DNA of 64,000 nt. It comes from Macrostomum lignano. Taxonomy: Eukaryota. The notes under the pieces were generated by a model. That model searched no databases. It worked only from the letters and a program-made list of their open reading frames with translations, and was not told the DNA's origin. Position numbers and translations under genes: made by a program. Shown here one piece after another: positions 12,601 through 23,943 of the stretch. The stretch covers positions 62,001 to 126,000 of the forward strand of contig NIVC01000412.1 in the NCBI GenBank assembly GCA_002269645.1, given 5' to 3'. Position 1 is the stretch's first letter, and every line of letters begins with the position of its first letter.

Positions 12601-15600
12601 TGGGCGCCCGCCGCCTCCCTCGCAGAACAGAGTGTACTCATTGTAGCCAAAACCGTAATCGTCATCCACCTTTCGCTCTTCACTGTGCACGCAGTAGCTC
12701 TGGTTGACTGGCGGGCCACCGTCCCAGCTAGCAACAGAGGTCGCCTGGCTGCAGTGAAATGTCGCTGGTGCTGAGCTGCTGGCTAAAAAATTCATCAGTG
12801 TTCATCTTTTAAGATTTGTTTAAATGGTAAAATCAAAAGTACAAGAAGTTTTTTAATTTATAGGTTACACTAAAAATAAAAACATAACAATGACCTAAGA
12901 TGAGTGTTCTCAATTGTAAAATGATCTAAACCATCCTCAAGTACCTCAGAAAAACTCGCTTTTTCTTTTTTTTAAGTCACTACATCCTTGTACTTTAAAA
13001 AGAACAAATGTAAATTCCGTAGATCTAGAGAAACGTGTTAACTATTAAACCATTGAAAAGAGTCTCTAGAAACACAGTAACTGTGGTGTATCGCACACTG
13101 AGATGCACTATAGTTTATATAAGTTCAAGTTCGTTATTCTATGCCGTTTGTTTGCACTAATCGCCTCTAAGCATTCTATCGCTACAGTTTCTTCTATGGT
13201 AATTAACCCAGCCCAAAGTTCCTAGAGCTCACCCTTCTGATCTCTTTCAAATAAGAAATAAAAAGAATCTTAAGCTCATGAGTTAAATACTTCAGCCGGA
13301 GTTCAATTCACAACAATGGCGTCGCAGCTCGGCGAACTGCCGCTGGATAAACCTGACCGAGCACAGGTTTGGCTGACTGCCTTTCAAGCGCTGGCCAGAG
13401 CGAAAGGCTGGTCTGATTCAACCGAAAAAAAAACGATCGCTGACAACTTTCAACTTGGTGGGAGCATCAGTCTCCGTGCTCTCCAGTGCGCAGTGGGCTC
13501 TGCTGGGTAAGCCACCACTCATGCGTTCCAATCGGCGCTTGGAGGCCTTCGACGGGCACGTCATGAAATCGCTTGGCAAAGTGACTGCAACTGTGGAGCT
13601 ACGAGGACGCCTTCAACCAGTGGAACTGATTGTAGTCTCTTCGGAAAAGACGTACGGGTTGCTTGGCCGCGACCTCCTCGAGTCTGACGGTGTCTTCCAT
13701 GCCAGCGATGTTCAAGCAGAAAAAACTGCCATCGAACCTCTGCCCTGTATCCGAGGCGTTAAGGCCCGAATGGAACTGGTGGACGGTGCTAAACCACAAT
13801 TTTGCCGCGCTCGTGCTGTGCCACTCGCCCTAGAAAGCCAAATCAGCGCAGAACTGGATCGCCTCCACCAACTTGGTGTCATCGAGCCAACAGAGGGTCC
13901 GGTTAGTAACGCTTCACCCGTAGTGTGGGTAAAGAAGAAGGATGGAACTCTCCGCATGTGCGCGGACTACAGCGTGCACGTCAATTCGAAGATCAAATCA
14001 GACTCATATCCCATTCCACACATCGAGACCATGTTCTCCAAGCTAAAGAACGCCAAAACTTTCGCCACAGTCGATCTACGTTCGGCGTACTGGCAGATCG
14101 AGCTTGATGAAGCCGCGAGAGACCTATCGGTAATAAACACGTCCCGCGGGCTCTATCGTGTCAATCGGCTGCAAATGGGGATGAAGAACGCCTCCTTCAT
14201 CTTCCAACGCACCATGGAATCCATTCTAGGAGACATCAAAGGACTGCTTATCTACCAAGACGACATTCTCATTCACGCGCCAGACAAACCCACGCTGGAG
14301 AAGCGCCTCGCTGCTGTGCGAACGCGTCTATCTGAGAAGCGCGTGACTATCAACGAAGCGAAAAGCATCAGCTATTGCGATTCGGTTTCGTTCTTGGGCT
14401 TCCGAATATCCGCGGCTGGTATTCAGCCCGATGATCGCCTAGTGGAGAAAATTCGCCATGTGTGCCCGCCAGCAAATAAATCAGAGCTCGCTCACTTTCT
14501 TGGCTTGGTAAACTTCTTCGGCCGCCTCATCCCAAACTTTGCAGGCAAAACTGCACCGCTTAATAGACTACGACAAGCAAGCGTTCCGTTCGTGTGGTCG
14601 GAGGAGTGTTCCAAAGCGTTCGAGAGCCTAAAGCTGGAAATCGCTTCAGCGCCTGTGGTCCAGCCCTACAGCTTGACAAAGGAACTGACGCTGACCACTG
14701 ATGCTTCCAAAGGAGCCCTCGCCGCCGTGGCAACACAAGATGGCCATCCCGTGATATACGTGTCACGTAGCCTGTCCTCCGCTGAATCCAATTATTCTAA
14801 CATCGAGCGGGAGGCCTTGGCTATTGTTTGGGCCATCGCACGCTTGAAGCACTACTTCCATGGCCGACCATTCACAATACGCACAGACCATCAACCGCTC
14901 ATCCGACTTTTTGGCTCCGGATCCGGCGTCCCAGTGGATGCCTCAGCCCGAATCGGACGCTGGGCCTTGTACCTGATGCAGTTTGATTACCGAATTCAGT
15001 ATGCACGTGGCAGTAGCATTCCACACGTAGATGCCTTATCCAGACTCAGATTCGATGACAGCTCATCAGACGACAAGGCCACATTCGAGACGATTAATTC
15101 AATCGCATTTGAATCACCTGTGATCGACGCTAAACGAATCACAGCGGAGATGGAGTTAGACGCGCTCACCCAGAGAATTCTCAATCGCGTCTGCCAAGGC
15201 GATTGGCGAAACTGCAGCCAGGCAGAAGCGCAGTTCAAAAAAGTCTCAAACAAACAAACGCTAGAAAATGGACTACTCTACATGCAAAGAAGAGTCTTCA
15301 TTCCACCAAGACTGCGCAAGGCCGCGTTCGATGCCATTCACGACACGCACACGGGCATGCATGCAGCGCACAGTCTAATGTCTACCAGCTGCTGGTGGCC
15401 CGGAATGCAACAGGACGTTGCCCAGTTTGTTCGACGCTGTCCAGACTGCTGCAGGCTTCGGCCTCAACTCGGCCACGACAGGGATCGCTGGCCTCCATCA
15501 ACGTATCCGTTCCAGCGCGTACACATGGACTGGGCATACGTAAAAGGCGCTGGAAACATCCTGGTCATCGTGGATTCCTTTTCCGGCTGGATAGAAGCAT

Positions 15601-17631
15601 TTCCTTGCCGCGATCGCACAGCTGATTCAGTCATTCAGTGCCTGCGTACCGTATTCACACGGTTCGGCGTCCCCGAGCTGGTGGTTTCGGACAACGCCCC
15701 AGAGTTCACCACTGAAGTGCTCACATCGTGGCTCCGCGCCAATGGTGCCAAGAAGCTCGAGTCACCCACCTATTACCCGCAGGCGAATGGAGCCGCAGAA
15801 AGGGCCGTTCAGACCGTCAAGTCCGCACTAAGGGCCTGGTCTGAAAAAATTACGCACATGGAGTTTAGCCGCTTCTTGCAAAAGGTCCTCCTGCACCACA
15901 GAAACTCAGCCTCTTCGCGGGGCTGCTGCCCAGCCGAAATTCTTTTTGGACGGCGACTCAGAGTCCCGGTGGTGACCAACTTCGAACAGGGTGACAGCGT
16001 GATCTATGCGCCAAGCAGCTCCTCAGTCGGCAACCCGGCAAAGTTCGTGATGACGGCAGGTCAAAACACAGCATGGATCCTCGCTGACGATGGGCTTCGC
16101 CTTGCAAGCACGAATCAACTTGCCCCAATGGCCACCCAGCCATCGGAATTCGAGATGGAGGACGAAGATGAGACTAACAGCGTGCCAGAAACCGGAAACG
16201 AGCCAGTCGCAGGGATTCAGACACCCGTGCCTGAAGAAGCCGTTCAGCTGAGAAGGAGCCTCAGAAACCGATCCGCTCCTGAGCGCTTTGTGCCTTAAAC
16301 TGGTATCCGAGGAGGGTTGAAAAAAAACGCGAAACTAATGAAACGACATGAAACGACTTCACTGTTCCAATTGACACCTTCTGAATATAGGGAGGGGCAT
16401 GTGGTGTATCGCACACTGAGATGCACTATAGTTTATATAAGTTCAAGTTCGTTATTCTATGCCGTTTGTTTGCACTAATCGCCTCTAAGCATTCTATCGC
16501 TACAGTTTCTTCTATGGTAATTAACCCAGCCCAAAGTTCCTAGAGCTCACCCTTCTGATCTCTTTCAAATAAGAAATAAAAAGAATCTTAAGCACATGAG
16601 TTAAATACTTCAGCCGGAGTTCAATTCACAACAGTAACAACTCGATATTGTTTTAAATAAGTGTACCCTTATAGTACTCATCAGACCATCTAATTTTCAT
16701 ATATTGTTTTAGCTTCTAGTTAAATTAAAAACATAAATGAACTCAACTCACGCAGAGGAAAGTACTCGCACACGTAGTACATTTCGACGCTGGATTTCTC
16801 CGCAGAGTACTTAAAAATGTTTCCAATTCGCTTCAAAGTGATCAGATTTGCTGCTTTGTCTACAGAGGAGCCGTCCCACAGCGAAGCTGGCGGGGTGAAA
16901 GTCGGTCCGAACATGTTCCAGGCCAGGGGCACTGGGGCTCCTCCGGAATAGTGATAGGGCCGGTAGGTCCAGTTGGTGCAAAGAATTTTGTCGTTTACAA
17001 TCGATCCCACGGTTGCACTAAAATATTCGGCAAGTGTGATAAATTTACTCGTATTTGAGACAATGTTGAAAATCTTCATGTTTTGAATTATCAATCGGTA
17101 TCTAGACTAAGAACTCTGGGACTGATTCGTGAAAAAATCAAGGATTTGAATATTTTATATCGATTTTTTCTGGCAATTCTATACGAAATCTTGAGTAGTT
17201 TTGATTAGTTTTTTTATTGCAGGAGCAGCTAGGGTCTAGAGGCTTTCAACAAGTGGCTTTAAGAGAGTAATGTGTCATGCTATAAATTCTGTTAATTAAT
17301 TTTCTCTTTATCGCTAATGGTAGTAGGCGACTCACTTTTTGGCAAACAATGCGGTAAACGCATCCAGCGCTTTCGTGTCGTTAAGCGGAGCAAAGATTTG
17401 GTGGCTGTTCTCAGTCAGATCGAAACAGGCTGAAGCAAATATTTGGTACTGTTCTGCATGTTCGAAATCACTCTTTGTCAAGTCATCTTTGAGCGGGTAG
17501 CGGAAGATGTACTCAGTGCCCTTGAAGTCGGGCATCTTGACGTAGTCCCACCTGTAGCCAAGGCTGACCGAACTGCAGCAGCAGCAGACGAGCCAGCAAA
17601 GCAGAAATCGAGCAGATTTTTTCAAAGTCAT
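1078..17631 (-). CDS. Paralog A: signal peptide + C-type-lectin-like domain + Cys domain + at least 15 Sushi/CCP domains; 3' end probably beyond the left edge
   Basis: Phase-compatible GT-AG exons: 17631-17336, 17101-16752, 12782-12563, 9435-9167, 9066-8867, 6350-5378, 5216-4782, 4453-4178, 4091-3660, 2993-2718, 2631-2200, 1871-1596, 1509-1078. N-terminus MTLKKSARFLLCWLVCCCCSSVSLG; ..YYVCEY closes a CTLD-like unit; repeated C..C..G.W..C Sushi pattern; many N-glycosylation sequons. Confidence 0.85.
1085..4987. repeat. Intragenic segmental repeats of the two-exon Sushi module
   Basis: ~1085-2405 is near-identical to ~3667-4987 (offset 2582, introns included). 2200-2993 repeats the same exon pair at offset ~1122 from 1078-1871. 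Confidence 0.95.
7250..7860 (+). mobile_element. Degenerate RNase-H-bearing non-LTR retrotransposon remnant
   Basis: Broken frames read FTDGSQISSTSGYGFC and LRWIPGHSDHLGKKLADGLAKAG, followed by an ..APDCRQ.. motif typical downstream of LINE RNase H. Multiple frameshifts; boundaries approximate. Confidence 0.65.
9594..9656. repeat. (CT)n microsatellite
   Basis: ~31 CT units with one interruption. Confidence 0.98.
10574..12155 (+). mobile_element. 5'-truncated I-group-like LINE (end of RT, RNase H, C-terminal CCHC knuckle, (GAA)n tail), frameshifted
   Basis: LYTAYVRPVLEY..W (RT thumb); TDG / AELVAI / SDSLSA / WVPGHAGIPVNEAVD (RNase H); CRFCGDGEETAAHLLISC; (GAA)6 at 12139-12157. Candidate TSD AGGGGAAG(T/C)TCC at 10562-10573 and 12156-12167. 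Strongly GC-rich relative to the flanks. Confidence 0.9.
13316..13451 (+). pseudogene. gag: Gag N-terminal fragment (~45 aa) of the gypsy element
   Basis: MASQLGELPLDKPDRAQVWLTAFQALARAKGW..TIADNF begins 1 nt after the LTR, then joins out of frame to protease sequence. Confidence 0.65.
13455..16298 (+). CDS. pol: Pol: truncated protease, reverse transcriptase, RNase H, integrase
   Basis: 947-aa open frame: (missing DT)GASVSVL; RT RMCADY..., YQDD; RNase H TDAS, EREALA, TDHQPL; integrase HHCC (H..H..CPDC) and D-D35-E (VHMDW, SDNAPEF, NGAAER). Confidence 0.95.
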   Translation: MVGASVSVLSSAQWALLGKPPLMRSNRRLEAFDGHVMKSLGKVTATVELRGRLQPVELIVVSSEKTYGLLGRDLLESDGVFHASDVQAEKTAIEPLPCIRGVKARMELVDGAKPQFCRARAVPLALESQISAELDRLHQLGVIEPTEGPVSNASPVVWVKKKDGTLRMCADYSVHVNSKIKSDSYPIPHIETMFSKLKNAKTFATVDLRSAYWQIELDEAARDLSVINTSRGLYRVNRLQMGMKNASFIFQRTMESILGDIKGLLIYQDDILIHAPDKPTLEKRLAAVRTRLSEKRVTINEAKSISYCDSVSFLGFRISAAGIQPDDRLVEKIRHVCPPANKSELAHFLGLVNFFGRLIPNFAGKTAPLNRLRQASVPFVWSEECSKAFESLKLEIASAPVVQPYSLTKELTLTTDASKGALAAVATQDGHPVIYVSRSLSSAESNYSNIEREALAIVWAIARLKHYFHGRPFTIRTDHQPLIRLFGSGSGVPVDASARIGRWALYLMQFDYRIQYARGSSIPHVDALSRLRFDDSSSDDKATFETINSIAFESPVIDAKRITAEMELDALTQRILNRVCQGDWRNCSQAEAQFKKVSNKQTLENGLLYMQRRVFIPPRLRKAAFDAIHDTHTGMHAAHSLMSTSCWWPGMQQDVAQFVRRCPDCCRLRPQLGHDRDRWPPSTYPFQRVHMDWAYVKGAGNILVIVDSFSGWIEAFPCRDRTADSVIQCLRTVFTRFGVPELVVSDNAPEFTTEVLTSWLRANGAKKLESPTYYPQANGAAERAVQTVKSALRAWSEKITHMEFSRFLQKVLLHHRNSASSRGCCPAEILFGRRLRVPVVTNFEQGDSVIYAPSSSSVGNPAKFVMTAGQNTAWILADDGLRLASTNQLAPMATQPSEFEMEDEDETNSVPETGNEPVAGIQTPVPEEAVQLRRSLRNRSAPERFVP

Positions 17632-19710
17632 GTCTCTCTGGTAGGGAACGCTTGGTTCTGCCGCCCATGCCCCTAGCCGAGGAAAGGGTTTAATAATGGT
17701 CCAGGACCGTCTATCCTAACCGATGTTTGTTTACTCTCGTTGCTAAGTCTGAGGCTCTTCTCTCTCTCTTCTTTCCGACCCCACAGCCTCCGGATTGGTC
17801 GGATCTGCCTCGATGAGGATTGAAAAAACTGGCTGACCTTGCCCAAGCTGCGTACATCTGCTGAGCACTCTGACAGCAGACAGCAGACAGTATCTAAAGT
17901 GTAGTCTTTTCAAAAACAATTTAAATGAGCTCAGTAGTGACTACTGACTGAAGAAAGTTGGCAGAACTTACTGAGTTTTATTAAATTTATGCTGCATGCT
18001 AGCTTTGGCGTTGCATGCTAATTTTGTAAGCTCTGTTTTATTTACTCGTTTAATCTATAGTCGCATCGTCTAACGAGAGAGACGTCACGCCATTCTCGCT
18101 CACGAATCTGAAGCAATATTGTTTTGTTCAGTCAGGTTGAAACCAAAGCCCATCAAGTGAAGAATTTCAATTCGTTATGATGGATTTAACTAATTTTAGG
18201 GTTTTAGCGTGTGCAGGTAGAGTAGTCAATTTTAAACCTAAAGAAAATGCAATAGCAGCATTGGAAAGAAAGGGGATGGGCGGTAACAAAATTTGGAGCT
18301 CACACAGGCAGCCAAAAACAGAGACCACACACTGCCCACACAGCGCGACCAGAGTAGGAGAGAACTCACGCAAGGTGACACTGGCAGGGCGGAGGAGTGG
18401 TGTTTAAAAGAAGGATAGTGACAGTCAGAACCATGCTGTCACAAACCAACGCATTACTCAGTAACAGATAGACCCACTGGACTCACTCTGCCACACGGCC
18501 CAAAAGTCTTTGCATGCCATCGGTGATTCGGAAAGTTGCGAAGACTGCAAAGTGTGGCGCGGTTGAATCGGGGGGGGGGTTGCGCAACTCAATTCGCACA
18601 CATAAACAGGTTGTCAAATTCTCTTGAGACATGATTCCCATCGAGCATTTCTGGGACTTTGCAAAGCGGGGGTTAGCTGTTGCTGAGTGTATTTACGCTC
18701 TTCGCAGTAAGATTATGTGAAAGTAAATGAGGTGCATCAATATGTTCGCAAATTTTCTTGAATAGTTAGTTGGGAGTCAACATTTATATCAGTAAGTGCT
18801 CGTAAGTACTTGAAGTAATTCGTACAGTATACCAGTCAGCATATTAAACTTTCAATTTGGGACTTCTCAGGCTAAATTGAAGAAATTTACCTTAATTGCT
18901 CTGGCTTGCTATCGTCATAGTAGTACTTTTTTTACGTGGAGCATCTGCAAAACTGCAAGTTGCTCTGGCCGTATCTCTTCTTTGGAAGGCTCCCCATGCA
19001 ATCTTTTACCAGGGATCTTAGGCATTCATTAAATATTCAATTATGACTGGCAGAGAGGTCCAGCTTTGAGCCATGGCTATTTCCAAAAGCAACCACTTTC
19101 CACTGTGCCTGGCTTTGTAAGGCTTCTAACAGCGTCAACCTCATGCCCAGTAAGAAGACCAATTCAAACCGATCAATAGTCACCTGTCGTGTGGAAGGCT
19201 TTTCCCACGAGTTCAATGTGAGTTTTTCTCTTTCAAAAATCCCCACACAGTAGGTAAAGGCTTGCCCAGTCAATGCTTACCAAATATGGCGAGCATCAGC
19301 GAGAAGCCATCTTGAAGAAGGGAAAAGAAACTAAGGAAAGCTTTTAATGCTGTGTGCGGAGTCTGCAGAGGGTGGATGCAGAAAAACTTTAAAGCAAGTT
19401 TTACCTTGTCGCAACAACGCTTGAGTCAGTCCGGGGGAACACTGCAGACTATGGCAGTGACAGTCCCCATAATCCCAGGTGGACCAACTCAGGCCAATTC
19501 GTTTCTAAGAAATATCTTTTATTGACAATTTTTAATCGCTAAAATCTGTACCCCCTGCAAGCTGTGTTTTTTTCTAATATAAATGCTGCCTTGTTTTCTT
19601 ACCTCAGCGTTGGAAGGAAAGTAGCCAAACAGTTTTATTCCCTTAGACAGCTAATTAAATTTGTTCTGCGCTCGTATACATGTACTTCTAGCTCAATTAA
19701 AACGGAGTAC

Positions 19711-19990
19711 TTATAGGCACGACGGCCGTGTCTATAATATTTGATCTTATAAGGCACGGCTATTATCATAGATATAAAAATTCGTGTTCTGTAGGGCTCT
19801 CTCATAAGCAAATGGTGGCTTAGTGGATATGTCAATTGCCTTGTGATTGCGTGAAAAGGATCGAATCCCAAGTGGTCGGAGCTTGTTTCTTTAATTTGAA
19901 ATTTTACAGAACACAGAACATGCATTCTATATCGATTATTATATACATGGCAGCCGTGCCTATAAGCTCCAATATTATAGACACGGCCAC
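19711..19990. mobile_element. MITE-like fold-back element
   Basis: Perfect 18-bp inverted repeat GGCCGTGTCTATAATATT (19724-19741) / AATATTATAGACACGGCC (19971-19988), with imperfect inverted similarity for ~70 bp inward. Confidence 0.6.
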
Positions 19991-20536
19991 CCACCGTGTC
20001 TCTAAGTGTGAACCCATTCAATATTAACGACACGGCCACCCACCGTGTCTCTAAGTGTGAACCCATTCAATATTAGCGACACGGCCACCCACCGTGTCTC
20101 TAAGTGTGAACCCATTCAATATTAACGACACGGCCACCCACCGTGTCTCTAAGTGTGAACCCATTCAATATTATAGACACGGCCGCCCACCGTGTCTCTA
20201 AGTGTGAACCCATTCAATATTAGCGACACGGCCACCCACCGTGTCTCTAAGTGTGAACCCATTCAATATTAGCGACACGGCCACCCACCGTGTCTCTAAG
20301 TGTGAACCCATTCAATATTAACGACACGGCCACCCACCGTGTCTCTAAGTGTGAACCCATTCAATATTAGCGACACGGCCACCCACCGTGTCTCTAAGTG
20401 TGAACCCATTCAATATTAACGACACGGCCACCCACCGTGTCTCTAAGTGTGAATCCATTCAATATTAGCGACACGGCCACCCACCGTGTCTCTAAGTGTG
20501 AACCCATTCAATATTAGCGACACGGCGGCCGTGTCT
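19980..20536. repeat. 49-bp minisatellite, 11 full copies plus a partial, each with a GACACGG-N7-CCGTGTC hairpin
   Basis: Unit starts every 49 nt (19981, 20030 ... 20471, 20520); units nearly identical. Confidence 0.97.
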
Positions 20537-21059
20537 TTAAATGTGGCGTAATAAAAGCACTTTTGTATTTTGCCCCCCTCGCCAGATCGCAGCTGCTACA
20601 CCCAAATACCAGCTTCTGGCAGTTTCAACAGCTTTTACTTTCCTCCCACTGTTTCCTTCTGACTGTCTATCCACCTGGTCATGCTCTCCCTCCCATAATG
20701 CCATTGTCTTGACGTCTTTTTCAGATACAGAATTTGCACGAACTAAAGCTATTCAATGGGTGAGCAACTTTTTCCCTGCCACTCCTCACTGTGGTCCCAT
20801 CTCTACCATCAGATCCTCTCCCTCATTCTCTCGTTTTGTCTTGACTTCTTCCTAGTCGCTTTTTGGTTCTAATACAAAAGGACTCACTTGGATGGCTGTG
20901 CGTGATGATGATGCAGAAACTGTAGAAAGCCTTGAATTCTGTAACTTTTCGGTAATTCATAGTAATATTATCAGACAGTCCAGGCAGAATAATAGAAATT
21001 TATGTCTACTGAATCTAAAATCGATTTTGTGAGCTCAATTGTTTAGGCTAGTGGCAATT

Positions 21060-23943
21060 CACTACCCAAGTCAGTCACTACCCAAGTAAAGTCAGTCACT
21101 GCCGAAGTCAGTCACTACCGAAGTCAGTCATTACCGAAGTCAGTCACTACCCAAGTCAGTCACTACCCAAGTAAAGTCAGTCACTGCCGAAGTCAGTCAC
21201 TACCGAAGTCAGTCATTACCGAAGTCAGTCACTACCCAAGTCAGTCACTACCCAAGTAAAGTCCGTCACTACCCAAGTCAGTCACTACCCAAGTCAGTCA
21301 CTACCCAAGTCAGTCACTACCCAAGTCAGTCCCTACCCAAGTAAAGTCAGTCACTACCCAAGTCAGTCCCTACCCAAGTAAAGTCCGTCACTACCCAAGT
21401 CAGTCCCTACCCAAGTCAGTCACTACCCAAGTCAGTCCCTACCCAAGTAAAGTCAGTCACTACCCAAGTCAGTCACTACCCAAGTAAAGTCCGTCACTAC
21501 CCAAGTCAGTCCCTACCCAAGTCAGTCAGTACACAAGTCAGTCACTACCCAAATCAGTCACTACCCAAGTAAAGTCAGTCACTACCCAAGTCAGTCACTA
21601 CCCAAGTCAGTCACTACCCAAGTCAGTCCCTACCCAAGTCAGTCACTAACCAAGTCAGTCCCTACCCAAGTAAAGTCAGTCACTACCCAAGTCAGTCACT
21701 ACCCAAGTAAAGTCCGTCACTACCCAAGTCAGTCCCTACCCAAGTCAGTCACTACACAAGTCAGTCACTACCCAAGTCAGTCACTACCCAAGTAAAGTCA
21801 GTCACTACCCAAGTCAGTCCCTACCCAAGTCAGTCACTACACAAGTCAGTCACTACACAAGTCAGTCACTACCCAAGTCAGTCCCTACCCAAGTAAAGTC
21901 AGTCACTACCCAAGTCAGTCCCTACCCAAGTCAGTCACTACACAAGTCAGTCACTACCCAAATCAGTCACTACCCAAGTAAAGTCAGTCACTACCCAAGT
22001 CAGTCACTACCCAAGTCAGTCACTACCCAAGTCAGTCCCTACCCAAGTAAAGTCAGTCACTACCCAAGTCAGTCACTACCCAAGTAAAGTCCGTCACTAC
22101 CCAAGTCAGTCACTACACAAGTCAGTCACTACACAAGTCAGTCACTACACAAGTCAGTCACTACCCAAGTCAGTCACTACCCAAGTAAAGTCCGTCACTA
22201 CCCAAGTCAGTCCCTACCCAAGTCAGTCACTACACAAGTCAGTCACTACCCAAGTCAGTCACTACCCAAGTCAGTCACTACACAAGTCAGTCACTACCCA
22301 AGTCAGTCACTACCCAAGTAAAGTCAGTCACTACCCAAGTCAGTCACTACCCAAGTCAGTCACTACCCAAGTCAGTCCCTACCCAAGTAAAGTCAGTCAC
22401 TACCCAAGTCAGTCACTACCTAAGTAAAGTCAGTCACTACCCAAGTCAGTCCCTACCCAAGTCAGTCACTACCCAAGTCAGTCACTACCCAAGTCAGTCC
22501 CTACCCAAGTAAAGTCAGTCACTACCCAAGTCAGTCACTACCTAAGTAAAGTCAGTCACTACCCAAGTCAGTCCCTACCCAAGTCAGTCACTACCCAAGT
22601 CAGTCACTACCCAAGTCAGTCACTAACCAAGTCAGTCACTACCCAAGTCAGTCACTAACCAAGTCAGTCACTACCCAAGTCAGTCACTACCCAAGTCAGT
22701 CACTACACAAGTCAGTCACTAACCAAGTCAGTCACTACCCAAGTAAAGTCCGTCACTACCCAAGTCAGTCCCTACCCAAGTCAGTCACTACCCAAGTCAG
22801 TCCCTACCCAAGTAAAGTCAGTCACTACCCAAGTCAGTCACTACCCAAGTAAAATCCATCACTACCCAAGAAAAATCCGTCACTACCCAAGTCAGTCACT
22901 ACCCAAGTCAGTCACTACCCAAGTCAGTCCCTACCCAAGTAAAGTCAGTCACTACCCAAGTCAGTCACTACCCAAGTAAAGTCCGTCACTACTCAAGTCA
23001 GTCCCTACCAAAGTCAGTCACTACACAAGTCAGTCACTACCCAAGTCAGTCACTACCCAAGTAAAGTCCGTCACTACCCAAGTCAGTCACTACCCAAGTC
23101 AGTCACTACCCAAGTCAGTCACTAACCAAGTCAGTCCCTACCCAAGTCAGTCGCTACCCAAGTCAGTCACTACCCAAGTCAGTCACTACCCAAGTCAGTC
23201 CCTACCAAAGTCAGTCACTACACAAGTCAGTCACTACCCAAGTCAGTCACTACCCAAGTAAAGTCCGTCACTACCCAAGTCAGTCGCTACCCAAGTCAGT
23301 CACTACCCAAGTCAGTCACTACCCAAGTAAAGTCCGTCACTACCCAAGTCAGTCACTACCCAAGTAAAGTCCGTCACTACTCAAGTCAGTCCCTACCAAA
23401 GTCAGTCACTACACAAGTCAGTCACTACCCAAGTCAGTCTTTACCCAAGTAAAGTCCGTCACTACCCAAGTCAGTCCCTACCCAAGTCAGTCACTACCCA
23501 AGTCAGTCACTAACCAAGTCAGTCCCTACCCAAGTCAGTCGCTACCCAAGTCAGTCACTACCCAAGTCAGTCACTACCCAAGTCAGTCCCTACCAAAGGC
23601 AGTCACTACACAAGTCAGTCACTACCCAAGTCAGTCACTACCCAAGTAAAGTCCGTCACTACCCAAGTCAGTCGCTACCCAAGTCAGTCACTACCCAAGT
23701 CAGTCACTACCCAAGTAAAGTCCGTCACTACCCAAGTCAGTCACTACCCAAGTCAGTCACTACCCAAGTCAGTCACTACCCAAGTCAGTCCCTACCCAAG
23801 TCAGTCGCTACCCAAGTCAGTCACTACCCAAGTCAGTCACTACCCAAGTCAGTCCCTACCAAAGTCAGTCACTACACAAGTCAGTCACTACCCAAGTCAG
23901 TCACTACCCAAGTCAGTCCCTACCCAAGTCAGTCACTACTCAA
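21060..23943. repeat. 2.9-kb satellite of 16-bp CACTACCCAAGTCAGT units with 21-bp variants (+TAAAG)
   Basis: Continuous array of roughly 165-175 units with recurring variants (CCCTAC, ACACAAG, TAAAGTCCGT). Confidence 0.98.

Larger units (their letters stand above)
13082..16633 (+). mobile_element. Ty3/gypsy LTR retrotransposon, recently inserted, internally deleted
   Basis: 234-bp LTRs at 13082-13315 and 16400-16633 (TG...CA, 1 mismatch); 5-bp TSD GTAAC (13077-13081 / 16634-16638); PBS-like TGGCGTCGCAG from 13317; PPT AGGGAGGGG at 16389-16397. Confidence 0.98.

Noticed and set aside
12783-12810. Frameshift at the start of exon 3 of gene A, and loss of the acceptor in gene B beside the GACA array
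   Set aside because: Both are resolved by equivalent downstream phase-1 acceptors (TTTTTTAG|CC at 12782; TTGCAG|CG at 28925).
13421-13436. A9 run as a programmed frameshift joining a mini-Gag to Pol
   Set aside because: Gag-like sequence continues in its own frame past the run and the protease DTG motif is missing, so a deletion explains the structure better.
19980-20536. CRISPR array (hairpin-containing repeats of regular period)
   Set aside because: Sequence between hairpins is the same in every unit (no unique spacers), there are no cas genes, and the context is eukaryotic.
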